A stretch of 61,199 bases of DNA. It comes from a virus. Its lineage: Duplodnaviria > Caudoviricetes. Below are positions 1-9,489 of this stretch, piece by piece. A model generated the notes under the pieces. The model was not told where the DNA came from. It worked only from the letters and a program-made list of their open reading frames with translations, and ran no database searches. Location of the stretch: IMG/VR virus record IMGVR_UViG_3300032233_000543, positions 1-61,199 of that record; one strand, written 5' to 3'. Position numbers and translations under genes: made by a program. How positions within the stretch are numbered: position 1 is the first letter of the stretch; each line of letters opens with the position of its first letter.

Positions 1-47
1 AGACCGGGGAGCAACTCTTTAAGTAGTTGTGCGCGTGAAATTGCCAT
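1..47 (-). CDS. Major capsid protein, 5' fragment (runs off the window)
   Basis: Reverse strand reads MAISRAQLLKELLPG(L) after an AAGGAG RBS. This N-terminus is typical of major capsid proteins of this phage type, and the gene lies downstream of the scaffold/decoration genes. Confidence 0.8.
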   Translation of the reverse strand, partial: MAISRAQLLKELLPG

Positions 48-60
48 GGTAATTTACTCC

Positions 61-663
61 TTACAGGCCAACGTTATTCAAATACGAATGGGCACTGGGA
101 TTGAATTTAACAAACACATCAGTGAACGCATCGCCCGGGGTGGACGCAAAGCCCACAATACGGAAAGCCGCAGCAGTAGTAACCACAGTTGACTCCAAAG
201 CGCTGGTTGAGTTACCAGTCTGGGTTGAACCAGTGCTAGTGCTCTGTACAGCAGCGAAGAAGGTGTTAGTGCCCAAAACTGATTGAGCGCCAGAACCATC
301 CAGCTGAGCTTGGAAGGTAACACTTGGGTCAGTAACTACGTATGCAGTCACCACGCCGGTTGTGCCGGAGGGGTAGTACTGGCCGTAGATTTGCTGGCCT
401 TGTGCGTTGATATAAGAACAACCGACGAAAACGCCGATTGCACCTACGCCAGAACCACCAAGGTTATTGGTAGTGATGTCTGCGCCGGTAGCGGTAGACA
501 AAGCGATATAACCATCTGAGCCGATGATAACAACTTGACCATAAAACAAGTTAGTACCTTCGCCAGCGGGGTCAATCAAGAACTGACTCGTAGCGCCAGC
601 ATAGGGCATGCCGTCGATACGATTGATGGGCCGTAGCCCATAGGGGGAAGCTGTAGATGCCAT
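61..663 (-). CDS. Putative capsid decoration/auxiliary head protein
   Basis: 200-aa G/T/A-rich ORF directly upstream of the capsid gene; GGAG RBS. Confidence 0.6.
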   Translation of the reverse strand: MASTASPYGLRPINRIDGMPYAGATSQFLIDPAGEGTNLFYGQVVIIGSDGYIALSTATGADITTNNLGGSGVGAIGVFVGCSYINAQGQQIYGQYYPSGTTGVVTAYVVTDPSVTFQAQLDGSGAQSVLGTNTFFAAVQSTSTGSTQTGNSTSALESTVVTTAAAFRIVGFASTPGDAFTDVFVKFNPSAHSYLNNVGL

Positions 664-680
664 TTAAGACTCCAAAAAAA

Positions 681-1142
681 TTAAGTACCTTTTCCGAAAG
701 TGACCGTGGACTTACGTTCTTTAAACATAGGCATCCTCGGATCATTCTCGCGCATGTAAGTGTTGTCTACTGACTGCATTTGTGCTTCCGCTTGATTGCG
801 ATAGTACGCATTGCGCTGTTCAGTAAGCTCCACAGGTGTTTTGCAAAGCAACAGGCCGCCCACTTCAACGCTATCAGGAAACTTAGCATTGCTGCTAGAA
901 CCAAACAAGCGAATCTCAGGGTGGTCAGAAGCCTTAACAGGTTCCCAGCCTTCGCGTAATTTTCCAGAAATGTTAGTGGCGTCGTCTTTACCTAACGATG
1001 CAATCCTGATCCAACGAAACGCATAACCTGCCTCTGGATTGGGGTCAGGTAGAAGTTGTGGTGGCATCCAATGTTTTGGACGCTCCATCTTCTCGCGGGT
1101 ATCAAGTTCACGGGTCATACGGTTAGTCTTTTCCATTTTCAT
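681..1142 (-). CDS. Head-module hypothetical protein
   Basis: Coupled to the scaffold stop; contains FRWIR and REGWEPV motifs. Confidence 0.6.
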   Translation of the reverse strand: MKMEKTNRMTRELDTREKMERPKHWMPPQLLPDPNPEAGYAFRWIRIASLGKDDATNISGKLREGWEPVKASDHPEIRLFGSSSNAKFPDSVEVGGLLLCKTPVELTEQRNAYYRNQAEAQMQSVDNTYMRENDPRMPMFKERKSTVTFGKGT

Positions 1143-2095
1143 TTCCTCATTTCTTCAGCAACCTTACGGGCGTACAGTTCCAACGGAACTCCCAACCGCT
1201 TGGCGAGATTTACCTGTGTCTGCGTAAGCACGATCTTTTTAGGCGCTGTGCTACGGGTCGCAGGTGCAACGATGTTGGATTTAGTGCGTTGAGGTTTCGC
1301 ATCAACGGACTCTTCGGCTCCAAACTGATCCGAGAATCTTTGCCTAATGTCAGTGTCAATACGTCGATAGTATTCTTCACTGCCACTTGGTATCCCTTCA
1401 GCTACCAGATCTTCATGCAAGCCTAAAGCATAGGCTGTCATACGTTTGTTGCTTCCAAACCACTGATTTTGGTCTTGCCATGCAAGTAGTTTTTCGTCAA
1501 CCGGTGCAGCTCTGGTGGGCTGTTGAGCGATTTGTACAGGAGTTTCTTGTTCCTGTAAAGGGGTAGGTTTAAAATTATTTACTTTATCTGCGCGGATCTT
1601 AGCGATAGTGAGTGCTTCTTGAGCCTCAACTAACTTTTCAGAATCGCCAGACTCGTAGGCTTCTTTGTACATGCGCTTAGCAGTTTCGACCTCGTTAGAG
1701 ACCACACGCTTAGCCTGCTCCAAGAGAGCTGTCTGGTTTTGGTTGACAGAACCTTTGAGCTTTTTGTTCTCTTCCAGCACGGCTTGCGCCAGCTTAAAAG
1801 CTTCTTCACGTTCACGCTCAGCTGTCTCTTTTGCGCGACGCTCTTCGTGATAACCCTTAGTAAAGTGCTTGATACGCTTCTGTACGCCCTCGTCGTACTT
1901 AGCCAGCTCCTCGTCTGTCACCTCTTTGGGAGGCTCGGCCATAGGTTTGCGCCCACGGTCTTCGGGGGGCGTGTCATCTACAACTTCGATTTCAGGTTCG
2001 CTGTCGCCTTCAACTTCAAAGTCAACCTTATCTTCAGTCTTAGCATTTTTGCTTTCGACTTCGTCAGGGAATTTATATTCTTCGTCTTTTGCCAT
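1139..2095 (-). CDS. Putative capsid scaffolding protein
   Basis: Acidic N-terminus, long coiled coil and short C-terminal helix (AKRLGVPLELYARK); lies between portal and capsid genes. Confidence 0.7.
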   Translation of the reverse strand: MAKDEEYKFPDEVESKNAKTEDKVDFEVEGDSEPEIEVVDDTPPEDRGRKPMAEPPKEVTDEELAKYDEGVQKRIKHFTKGYHEERRAKETAEREREEAFKLAQAVLEENKKLKGSVNQNQTALLEQAKRVVSNEVETAKRMYKEAYESGDSEKLVEAQEALTIAKIRADKVNNFKPTPLQEQETPVQIAQQPTRAAPVDEKLLAWQDQNQWFGSNKRMTAYALGLHEDLVAEGIPSGSEEYYRRIDTDIRQRFSDQFGAEESVDAKPQRTKSNIVAPATRSTAPKKIVLTQTQVNLAKRLGVPLELYARKVAEEMRK

Positions 2096-2105
2096 GATTT
2101 ACTCC

Positions 2106-2510
2106 TTAGTTAGGGCGCTGGATACCACGAGGGTCTTGCACAACAGCCTGAACGGAATCATCATTGATGAGTCTCCACTCTGTACCATGAATCTTCATGC
2201 GGGTTCCCGTGTTAGGACGTACTAACACAAAGTCACCGACTTTGCAGCTTGGGCCAGATGGGAATCTGGTCGCGTCTTTGAACGCATCAGGGCCGATCTT
2301 TGCAACAAACAACACGGGGGATAAAAGCTCCTCGTGGTACATCGCAGTAGCCGACTTCAAAATGCCGGTTTCGCTAAACTCTTCTTCTGCCTTGGGCAAC
2401 ATACACAAAATGTGATATGTCGCTGGATCTGGCACTTGTTTGGCTTTCTCTTCGGCGGAGGTATTGAGCACCCCACTTAGATCAACCGCACTAACATCAA
2501 ATTCAGTCAT
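2106..2510 (-). CDS. groES: GroES/Cpn10-like co-chaperonin
   Basis: P..YHIL, TGIL, KIGPDA, KVGDFVL, RLINDDSVQAVV pattern. Start moved to ATG 2510 (AAGGA RBS, overlap with the upstream stop). Confidence 0.8.
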   Translation of the reverse strand: MTEFDVSAVDLSGVLNTSAEEKAKQVPDPATYHILCMLPKAEEEFSETGILKSATAMYHEELLSPVLFVAKIGPDAFKDATRFPSGPSCKVGDFVLVRPNTGTRMKIHGTEWRLINDDSVQAVVQDPRGIQRPN

Positions 2511-2697
2511 CTTCATAATCCTTAGTTTTACGCACGAGGTCAGCAAGTTCGTACTGAGCGGTTTGCAGACCTCGGATAGTCCCGCACAGTTCTTTGTAGT
2601 GATCGTAGGATTTAGCTCCACCACCACTGACAACATCGACCAACTGCTGGACTTGTTCTTCAATCTTCTTGTCTAACACTTCAAGCATATTGGTCAT
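2503..2697 (-). CDS. Small hypothetical protein downstream of portal
   Basis: 64 aa with YKELCGTIRGL motif and AAGGAG RBS. Confidence 0.65.
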   Translation of the reverse strand: MTNMLEVLDKKIEEQVQQLVDVVSGGGAKSYDHYKELCGTIRGLQTAQYELADLVRKTKDYEDD

Positions 2698-2699
2698 GA

Positions 2700-5249
2700 T
2701 TACTCCTTGTTACCCTGTAATAACTTCTGAATTTTGTCCAGATCGGTATGCCTCAGTTTCTGCTCATGGACTTGTCCGCCGTGGGCCATCTTCTGTTGGG
2801 CTTGAGCTTGCTGCTGCATCATGGCCTGTTGCTGTTGGGCTTGCGCCTGCTGCAACTCCATCCGTTTAGCCGCCATCTCTAGACCGTGCATCTCTTGAGC
2901 CTGAGCAATCTCCTGTTGTAGGCGCATCGCCGCCATCGCTGGATCTTCTCCAGTTCTAGCCGCGCTTTCCTGCGCCTTGAGTGACAACTCCTCGGCTTTG
3001 AGCTGCAAGTCACCTTTGACTTTGAGCGCCTTGATGTCAGCTTCTTGTTTCTTGATCTGCAGTTCAGCTTGTTGCATCTGAATGATCGGATCTTGTGCTT
3101 GCTGCAGCGCTTGCTGCTGAGCTGCCTTGGCTTTGTCCATCGCAAGGAGTTGAACAGACGCTTGCGCCACAAGTTTGGAAACTTGAACTTCAACGTTGTT
3201 GTCAAGCTGCGCGTTCGGTGCTGGCAATGTCGCACCCAACTGCTCCTGAACTTTCTGACGGTACTGGAACGCCAAGTGTTCAGCAACGTGGGCCATGATC
3301 GCGCCCTGCATCTGCTGAGCCATGGGGCTCTGACCAATCTGACCCATAATCATCGGGTCCTGCATCATGCTGGTGTGAACAGCAATGTGTGCGTCGTGGT
3401 CCTGATGGATAAATGCCTTCGTAGGTTTGCCAGTGAGGAACGACATGTTCTCAGACACCGGATCACGTGGTGTCTGGTCATCATCTATCGGCACAAGTTT
3501 GTCTGCGTTCTTGATGCCAAGCACCTCAATCATCTGTCTGTGCAACTGTGGCAAGTCATAAATCTGTGGAGCGCCTTGTGCCAACTGAATCACAGCTTGG
3601 TACTGCATGATGCGCTGAGCCATCGTCGCACTGTTGGGGTCACTGACTGGAATCACCGACACCATGTCGTAGTCAGCTTGCTTAGCTCTGCGATCACCTT
3701 CTGCGGGGTCGTAGCTGTACTCATCAGGTGTGTGGTCACGGATGATGTCACGCAGCAACTGGAACTCTTGCTTCATGCTGAAGTGCACGCGGGCTTGAAC
3801 CGCAGACATTGTCTTAAGCTGACGCTCTAACAGAGCAAGCGTTGTACCTACCGGAGCATTTGCGCTCATGTCGCTGATGTTCATGTCAGCAATAGAACCC
3901 AAACGGCGGCCTTCTTCGGTCACTCTGTCCAAGAGGCCCGCCAGAACTTGTGATGGCTCTTTGTACGGCAGCGCCATGATGTTGTCACGCACTGAACCGC
4001 TAGGAACATCAACGTCACGGAACTCACCGGGGCTGATTGGGGTATCGTCATCTTTAATACGAAGCCCGCGAGTCTTCAGACCACCGGGCAAGTTAGACAA
4101 TGTACCCGCGTCGATCAACTGGCGAATCAGAGAAGTACCCGCACGGGCGTAACCACCAATTAAGTGGATCAGACCAAGACCATAAGCACCAAAGCCGGGT
4201 ACGTATGTGTACTGTACGAAGTGCTGGCGTTTTAATTTCTTCTTGTCGTCTTCTTCCCAGTTACGGCGAATGGCCAAAACTGTATTTGTGCCGCGCTCAA
4301 TTGTGATGATGTATGGCAGTGCAATACCGTCTTCATCTTCATAACCGGGCAGGTCGTAGTCAATGTGCACTTCAAGAATCTGATAGCGGTCATCATCTGT
4401 CAGGCTGTAGCCTTGATCTTCCGCTTTCTTTTTCTCCACGTCTGTGTGGATGGCAACAGGCTCGCCCAACTCTTCATCAACGTAGAACCCCGCGACTTGT
4501 AATTTCTTCAAGTCATTCTTTGTCTTACGCATGACGTGAGTCAGACGCTCAGCAGTGGCCGCGCTCGACGCGCCATAAGGAATGATGATGTCTTCAGCAG
4601 GGATAAACATCGCCACCTGACGGTCAAGTGACGGATCAAAATAAACTTTCTTGAACGCTGCGCCCGCTAATCCTAAGTTGTACAACATGCGCTCATGCTC
4701 TGGGCGATACTCAGTCATCACCTCGGTGAGCTGGTAGTTCATGTCATCTCTTACGCGCTCCGCCGCCTGCTCTTTGAGGCGATCAATTGCACCAACAATC
4801 TCAGTTTTGACCGGGCCCGCCGCTGGAAACGTTTCAATAATCGTTTCACTCTGGAACCTGACCGCCGCTTCAGTAAGAACCGTAGAGAAAACTCCACAGG
4901 CTCCGAGCCAAGGTTCTGTTCGTTCTTCATATTTCATCCCCAAAACATCAAGACCCTTGACGTACATGTCAACCCACTCTTTACGCGAGTTAATGTCGGC
5001 GTCCACCATCTCAACGATGTCACTTGCAACTTTCTGCAAGTCGCTTGCGTCCATCTCTTCGGCAAGGTTGGCATCAAAACTTAATTCTTCACCCTCGGGC
5101 ATCAGGTCAATCTCAAGTCCATCCATACCGATTTTTACACCCTCGGGGTCCTCGATCTCAATCTCAATCAGGGGCTCATCACCCATATCGTCCAGTGCGT
5201 CCAAGCCCAGTGGAGCTTGCGACAAAGAGGGAACCATATTAGTAGCCAT
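2700..5249 (-). CDS. Portal protein with long Gln-rich coiled-coil C-terminus
   Basis: 849 aa directly after TerL; GAAFKKVYFD, YGLGLIHL, IDAGTLSNLPGG and PGEFRDVD motifs of P22-like portals. Confidence 0.9.
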   Translation of the reverse strand: MATNMVPSLSQAPLGLDALDDMGDEPLIEIEIEDPEGVKIGMDGLEIDLMPEGEELSFDANLAEEMDASDLQKVASDIVEMVDADINSRKEWVDMYVKGLDVLGMKYEERTEPWLGACGVFSTVLTEAAVRFQSETIIETFPAAGPVKTEIVGAIDRLKEQAAERVRDDMNYQLTEVMTEYRPEHERMLYNLGLAGAAFKKVYFDPSLDRQVAMFIPAEDIIIPYGASSAATAERLTHVMRKTKNDLKKLQVAGFYVDEELGEPVAIHTDVEKKKAEDQGYSLTDDDRYQILEVHIDYDLPGYEDEDGIALPYIITIERGTNTVLAIRRNWEEDDKKKLKRQHFVQYTYVPGFGAYGLGLIHLIGGYARAGTSLIRQLIDAGTLSNLPGGLKTRGLRIKDDDTPISPGEFRDVDVPSGSVRDNIMALPYKEPSQVLAGLLDRVTEEGRRLGSIADMNISDMSANAPVGTTLALLERQLKTMSAVQARVHFSMKQEFQLLRDIIRDHTPDEYSYDPAEGDRRAKQADYDMVSVIPVSDPNSATMAQRIMQYQAVIQLAQGAPQIYDLPQLHRQMIEVLGIKNADKLVPIDDDQTPRDPVSENMSFLTGKPTKAFIHQDHDAHIAVHTSMMQDPMIMGQIGQSPMAQQMQGAIMAHVAEHLAFQYRQKVQEQLGATLPAPNAQLDNNVEVQVSKLVAQASVQLLAMDKAKAAQQQALQQAQDPIIQMQQAELQIKKQEADIKALKVKGDLQLKAEELSLKAQESAARTGEDPAMAAMRLQQEIAQAQEMHGLEMAAKRMELQQAQAQQQQAMMQQQAQAQQKMAHGGQVHEQKLRHTDLDKIQKLLQGNKE

Positions 5250-5269
5250 TGTTTAGTCCTTGCAATGTG

Positions 5270-6793
5270 TTAGTAGTACGCCTGCCGACGGGCCGCGTAG
5301 CGGGGTTCATTATCCTCGTAGTCACTGCTCAAGCGCAATAACCCACCTTTGCGAATTCTCATCAAGGCAAGCGTCATGGTGTCAACTTCGTCGTCATGCT
5401 CGCCCGCAGGAAACGCCAAAATCTCTTCGACAGTGGCCGCAGCCCACGCATTTTCTGGGAACCATACATGCCCAGACGCAAACATGTCTGCCACGGCGTT
5501 AAGTCTGGCAATCTTGTCCTGACCCTTACCGGGACTGAAGTCCTGCACAAATATACCTGACCTTCGCATCTCGTCAATCAGCGGCTGACCGCTGGCCTTG
5601 GCCTCGACGATCACACTGTCGGGCTGCCACTCTTTAAACTGCTCGTGCGCCATCGCCTTTAGCTCCGGGAACTCATATTTCCCCTTGACCTTGTTCAGCA
5701 GAATCACATTCTCCGTCCCGTCGTCCTCATTTGTCCACGTACCCCATGTATGGCACACGGAAAAGTCAGACCGCTGCTTAGTGGTAAGCGCCGTATCGAA
5801 AGACTGCACAATGAAGTTAATTTTAGGCGGATCGTCCTTCTCCCACCAGCGTATCCAGTCTCGTTTTATGATCGCAGCCTCGGCTGCTGTTGGGTTTTGC
5901 TGGTATTGAGCGTACCACTGCCACATGATGTGGTGCATTGACGAGCGGGTTTGCTGCAGTGCTTCTAAAGACCACTGTTCTGGCCAGATTGACTTCTCTT
6001 CCTCGGTGTTTTCGTTCAAGATTGCAGGGAATTCAAACGTTTCGTACTTGTCTCCGCCCTCATTCATGGCCGAGTCTTTAATTAGCCGTCCAATCAGGTC
6101 CCGCTGGTGCCACCTTGTGTGAAGAACGCAGATTTTCCCCTCTGGCATAAGACGAGTACGCAAACCAGCACTGAACCACTCGTATGTTGAGTCAAGTGAA
6201 GACGTATTCCCCGCCTTGATGTCCTGCTCTGACAGCGGATCGTCAGCAATAATGAGGTGAGCACCACGTCCGGCCAGCGCACCACCCACACCAATCGCAA
6301 AATACTCGCCACCTTTGGTCGTATTCCACTGCGCAGCAGCTTTTGCATCACTTGCGATGTTAGTTTGGGGGAAAATTGCCTTGTATTCAGGCGTATTAAT
6401 CAGATTTCGCACCTTACGGGCCATGACAATCGCCAAATCTGCAGTGTGTGAGGCCACAATTACCTTGTGGTCGGGGTGTTTTCCCAAGTACCAAGCCGGA
6501 TAGTAAATAGAAATCATCTGGGACTTGCCCATACGAGGTGCCATTGACACCGCAATCCGGTTCTTGACGTTGGTTTCCACCTCCATCAGCAGACCGCCCA
6601 GCCTTTTTAGGTGAACACCAAACTTATAGTTAGGATCAATTGCAGCAATGAACGACAAAAAGTCGTTTTGGGCCAGAGTCTGGCGCTTCCTACCGTCCAG
6701 CTCATCAAACATGGCAAGTAATTCAGCCGCCTCGTCTTTCGGCAGCTTCTTCGAAATCCGGTCAATGATCTCTGGCGTTAGGGTTGCGTCCAT
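5270..6793 (-). CDS. terL: Terminase large subunit
   Basis: Walker A APRMGKS, Walker B LIIADD, YQQNP, and nuclease motifs SFDTA, EAKASG and HDDEVD. Confidence 0.95.
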   Translation of the reverse strand: MDATLTPEIIDRISKKLPKDEAAELLAMFDELDGRKRQTLAQNDFLSFIAAIDPNYKFGVHLKRLGGLLMEVETNVKNRIAVSMAPRMGKSQMISIYYPAWYLGKHPDHKVIVASHTADLAIVMARKVRNLINTPEYKAIFPQTNIASDAKAAAQWNTTKGGEYFAIGVGGALAGRGAHLIIADDPLSEQDIKAGNTSSLDSTYEWFSAGLRTRLMPEGKICVLHTRWHQRDLIGRLIKDSAMNEGGDKYETFEFPAILNENTEEEKSIWPEQWSLEALQQTRSSMHHIMWQWYAQYQQNPTAAEAAIIKRDWIRWWEKDDPPKINFIVQSFDTALTTKQRSDFSVCHTWGTWTNEDDGTENVILLNKVKGKYEFPELKAMAHEQFKEWQPDSVIVEAKASGQPLIDEMRRSGIFVQDFSPGKGQDKIARLNAVADMFASGHVWFPENAWAAATVEEILAFPAGEHDDEVDTMTLALMRIRKGGLLRLSSDYEDNEPRYAARRQAYY

Positions 6794-7350
6794 CAGAGGG
6801 CTTCTATATCAGACACGTCTATTTTTACTTGGGCCATATTGGGTTTTGCAGTGTTGTCCACTACTTCGGCTTCCAGCACTTTGGTCAGGCGTTCACGCAG
6901 CATCTGCTCCAGCTCTTCGGTAGGCCGGTGACGCATTGTGATTTCTGTCTTGTCTGTGAAAAGTCCAACGTCGCTGATCTTGCCCAGCAGTTCCAGTGAC
7001 TTCATCCGTATGCGGGGGTCTGGGTTTGCAGTTTCTGCAAGTAGCTTATTAGTTACATAGGTTCGCATCTGCTGCGCCGACTTTACAACCATTGTGTCGT
7101 ATTCTGACAACAGCGACTGCAAGTAAACCACCATGCCGGGGGACGCTAAGTCCTCGTCTGACGCCAACTCGTTCCCAATAAATACCTCGCGGGCTTTGTG
7201 CTTGTCTTCGTCAGATATTTCGTTGGGGGCGGGTAAATTGTTAGTGTCTACTAACGCGGACATGGCAGCAGCCACGCGGGTCTCCAGCGACTCAAAGGTC
7301 GGGGAGTAGTTCGCAAGCGGAACGTCGTAATCTATAACAGGTGTATACAT
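6793..7350 (-). CDS. Putative terminase small subunit
   Basis: Abuts terL; RMKSLELLGKISDVGLF helix motif common in TerS-like proteins. Start uncertain (7350 or 7365). Confidence 0.6.
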   Translation of the reverse strand: MYTPVIDYDVPLANYSPTFESLETRVAAAMSALVDTNNLPAPNEISDEDKHKAREVFIGNELASDEDLASPGMVVYLQSLLSEYDTMVVKSAQQMRTYVTNKLLAETANPDPRIRMKSLELLGKISDVGLFTDKTEITMRHRPTEELEQMLRERLTKVLEAEVVDNTAKPNMAQVKIDVSDIEAL

Positions 7351-7411
7351 GGGAGGGGATCGCACTCCTTAAGTTTGGTGGATTATATATGTAATTTTTT
7401 TCTTGTGTGTT

Positions 7412-7930
7412 TTATTTAACAAGGGGGCGTCTTCCGTTAACGGACCCCCACGGTCTGCGGTTGGCAATTTGTTCTTGCATGGTCGCCCAGCGGCAGTTTT
7501 CTGGACTATAGTTTTTTGTATTGTCTATTCTGTCTATGGAATGCCCAGTAGGTTTGGGTCCCATATCTTCAAAAAAGCATAACCAGCCGGTCTTGCCATT
7601 TTCCCCAAATCTCCAACGATCGCAGACAGTTATGCCGCTTCCACCGTATTTTGAATAGCTGGGTTGCTTTGGGTTGTAGCATCTGGCAATCATTGCCGTG
7701 TGGGATTTGTGGGTGTAGCTTCGCCGTTCCTCATCGGCGGTTTTTATTAGTGCGGCACGAAACTCATCAGCGTAACAACCACAAGATTTTGTATGCCCGT
7801 TTTTAAGTTGGTGTTGCAAAACCACCGTTGTGTTGCCGCAGTCACAGAGACAGACCCAGCGCTTGTTGTATTTTTTATCCCGGCTGTGCAAACCCTGCAC
7901 TGTTAATCTACCGAATCGTTGTTGTTCCAT
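7412..7930 (-). CDS. HNH homing endonuclease
   Basis: CLCDCG...SCGC, YGGSGITVCDRW and HSIDRIDN...NCRWAT motifs. Confidence 0.88.
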   Translation of the reverse strand: MEQQRFGRLTVQGLHSRDKKYNKRWVCLCDCGNTTVVLQHQLKNGHTKSCGCYADEFRAALIKTADEERRSYTHKSHTAMIARCYNPKQPSYSKYGGSGITVCDRWRFGENGKTGWLCFFEDMGPKPTGHSIDRIDNTKNYSPENCRWATMQEQIANRRPWGSVNGRRPLVK

Positions 7931-8144
7931 GTGAATCCTTGGTGGGGGGTATGGTGGGGATTGTACTTGATTTTTATATTTTTTGTGTATAGCTTGTTAT
8001 AGGAATGTTGGGGGGTGGTTCTAGCGGATACAACACTCAGCGTATAGCAGACGCGGAGTCCCAGAACCTGCAAGTGGGCGTGGGGGACGGGTGGGGTCGA
8101 GGGAATCCGATAAAAAGATATAAGGTTAGACCTTTGTGTAAGTA

Positions 8145-8173
8145 TTGACAAATGATTCTATCCATGGTGTAAT
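8145..8173 (+). promoter_or_regulatory. Sigma70-type promoter
   Basis: TTGACA-N17-TGTAAT upstream of the first plus-strand gene. Confidence 0.6.
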
Positions 8174-8232
8174 TCAGTTGTCAGTTAATTTTGACTGATA
8201 TTTAAATCAACTTCTATTCAAAGGTATTCAAA

Positions 8233-8757
8233 ATGACAATGTTCACAAAAAACGTAGTTTCCGCAATTTACAATTCATTTGAGGGCGAAGCAAAGGCAAT
8301 TGCCAAAGCACGCGTCATTCAAGATCAAGCAATTCAACAAGCATTAGATGTTGTTACTTTGGTTTGCGATAAACCAAAGGCCGAATTCTTGAAAGGTAAT
8401 TCAAAAACGAATCTTGCACGCGGCGAAGTGAAAGCATTATTCGACGGCCTTGTTGAAAAGGGTTTCATTTCCAAGGCAACCGGCGCGCAATATCAATCTT
8501 GTTTTTGGATTGCTTTTGAAACCGGCGTCGAATTTTCCCGTGATCTTGCAAATAAGAAAAGTGACGCGAAAACCAAAAAAGACGCGTCCCCAAAATCCGG
8601 CCCCGTAATTTCGACAACCCGCGAATCATTGGACAAAACCCTAAGCAAAGCATTAGGTCAAGCACGCGCCCTTGGATTGACTGAATTCGCGGCGGAGATA
8701 TTAGACCTTTGCCTAGAATCATTGGACGGATTTCAAGAAACAGTACTTGACAAGTAA
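8233..8757 (+). CDS. First early gene, hypothetical protein
   Basis: 174-aa ORF with AAGGT RBS, its own promoter and its own terminator. Confidence 0.8.
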   Translation: MTMFTKNVVSAIYNSFEGEAKAIAKARVIQDQAIQQALDVVTLVCDKPKAEFLKGNSKTNLARGEVKALFDGLVEKGFISKATGAQYQSCFWIAFETGVEFSRDLANKKSDAKTKKDASPKSGPVISTTRESLDKTLSKALGQARALGLTEFAAEILDLCLESLDGFQETVLDK

Positions 8758-8775
8758 ACCCTAGGGTTTCCACCG

Positions 8776-8799
8776 AGCCACCGAAAGGTGGCTTTTTTT
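8776..8799 (+). terminator. Rho-independent terminator
   Basis: AGCCACC-GAAA-GGTGGCT followed by a T run. Confidence 0.9.
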
Positions 8800-9015
8800 C
8801 GTCCGTACTTTTCATGTGGGCGCTTATAGTATGCGTCCATAATGCGTCATAGTAGTCTGACCGTGCGGGAGAGCGAGTGCGCGAGCGCGTGCACGCGAAC
8901 GTGAGTGAGGGCTTCAGGGCGACCAAGCCACGGCAAAAACTTATAAGCTTAGAACTTTGCAGCTGGGGCATCGGGTTGGCAGGGCAACTATGACTTTCTC
9001 GGGGGACGGCATGCG

Positions 9016-9417
9016 TGTTACAATGTAACAAAAACAATCAATTTGTAACAAAACGCCTGTAACGCAATTAGTACGCGGAAATTAATACGATACGTTTCAA
9101 AAAACGCAGAGAGAGAGAGAGATTATATATTATTTATATATATGTTACATTGTAACGCCATTTTTGGAGAGCATCGGTCAAAATTCAAAATGTTAGAGTT
9201 CGTTATATGTTTGTCTTTGTGTCTATAACGAACTGTAAGGAAAATTATTTTGACTCGTGTTCCCCCAAAACCCCTGTTACAGTGTAACAACCCCAAAAAT
9301 ATACTCGGCTATATATAATTCCTAACCCTAAGTTGTTGTTTTCGTTGGAAACGCCTTATAGCACCCCCGTAACACCGCCTCTGTAACATCCACCACCCCT
9401 TTTGTAACATCGTAACA
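9016..9417. repeat. Iteron-like TGTAAC/GTTACA array, candidate replication origin
   Basis: Three TGTTACA-N-TGTAAC palindromes (9016, 9143, 9275) plus single copies at 9044, 9058, 9368, 9382, 9403 and 9411; (GA)n and AT-rich tract at about 9108-9142. Confidence 0.7.
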
Positions 9418-9489
9418 ACATCCCTATTGCATCCACCAACCCACCAAACTTATAATGTTATAACTTTCACCCAAACTTATAGGACAACT

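Noticed and set aside
8465-9037. 190-aa minus-strand ORF and other long antisense ORFs (e.g. 3045-3830, 16598-17392)
   Set aside because: These are shadow frames opposite well-supported genes, with no RBS or recognisable motifs.
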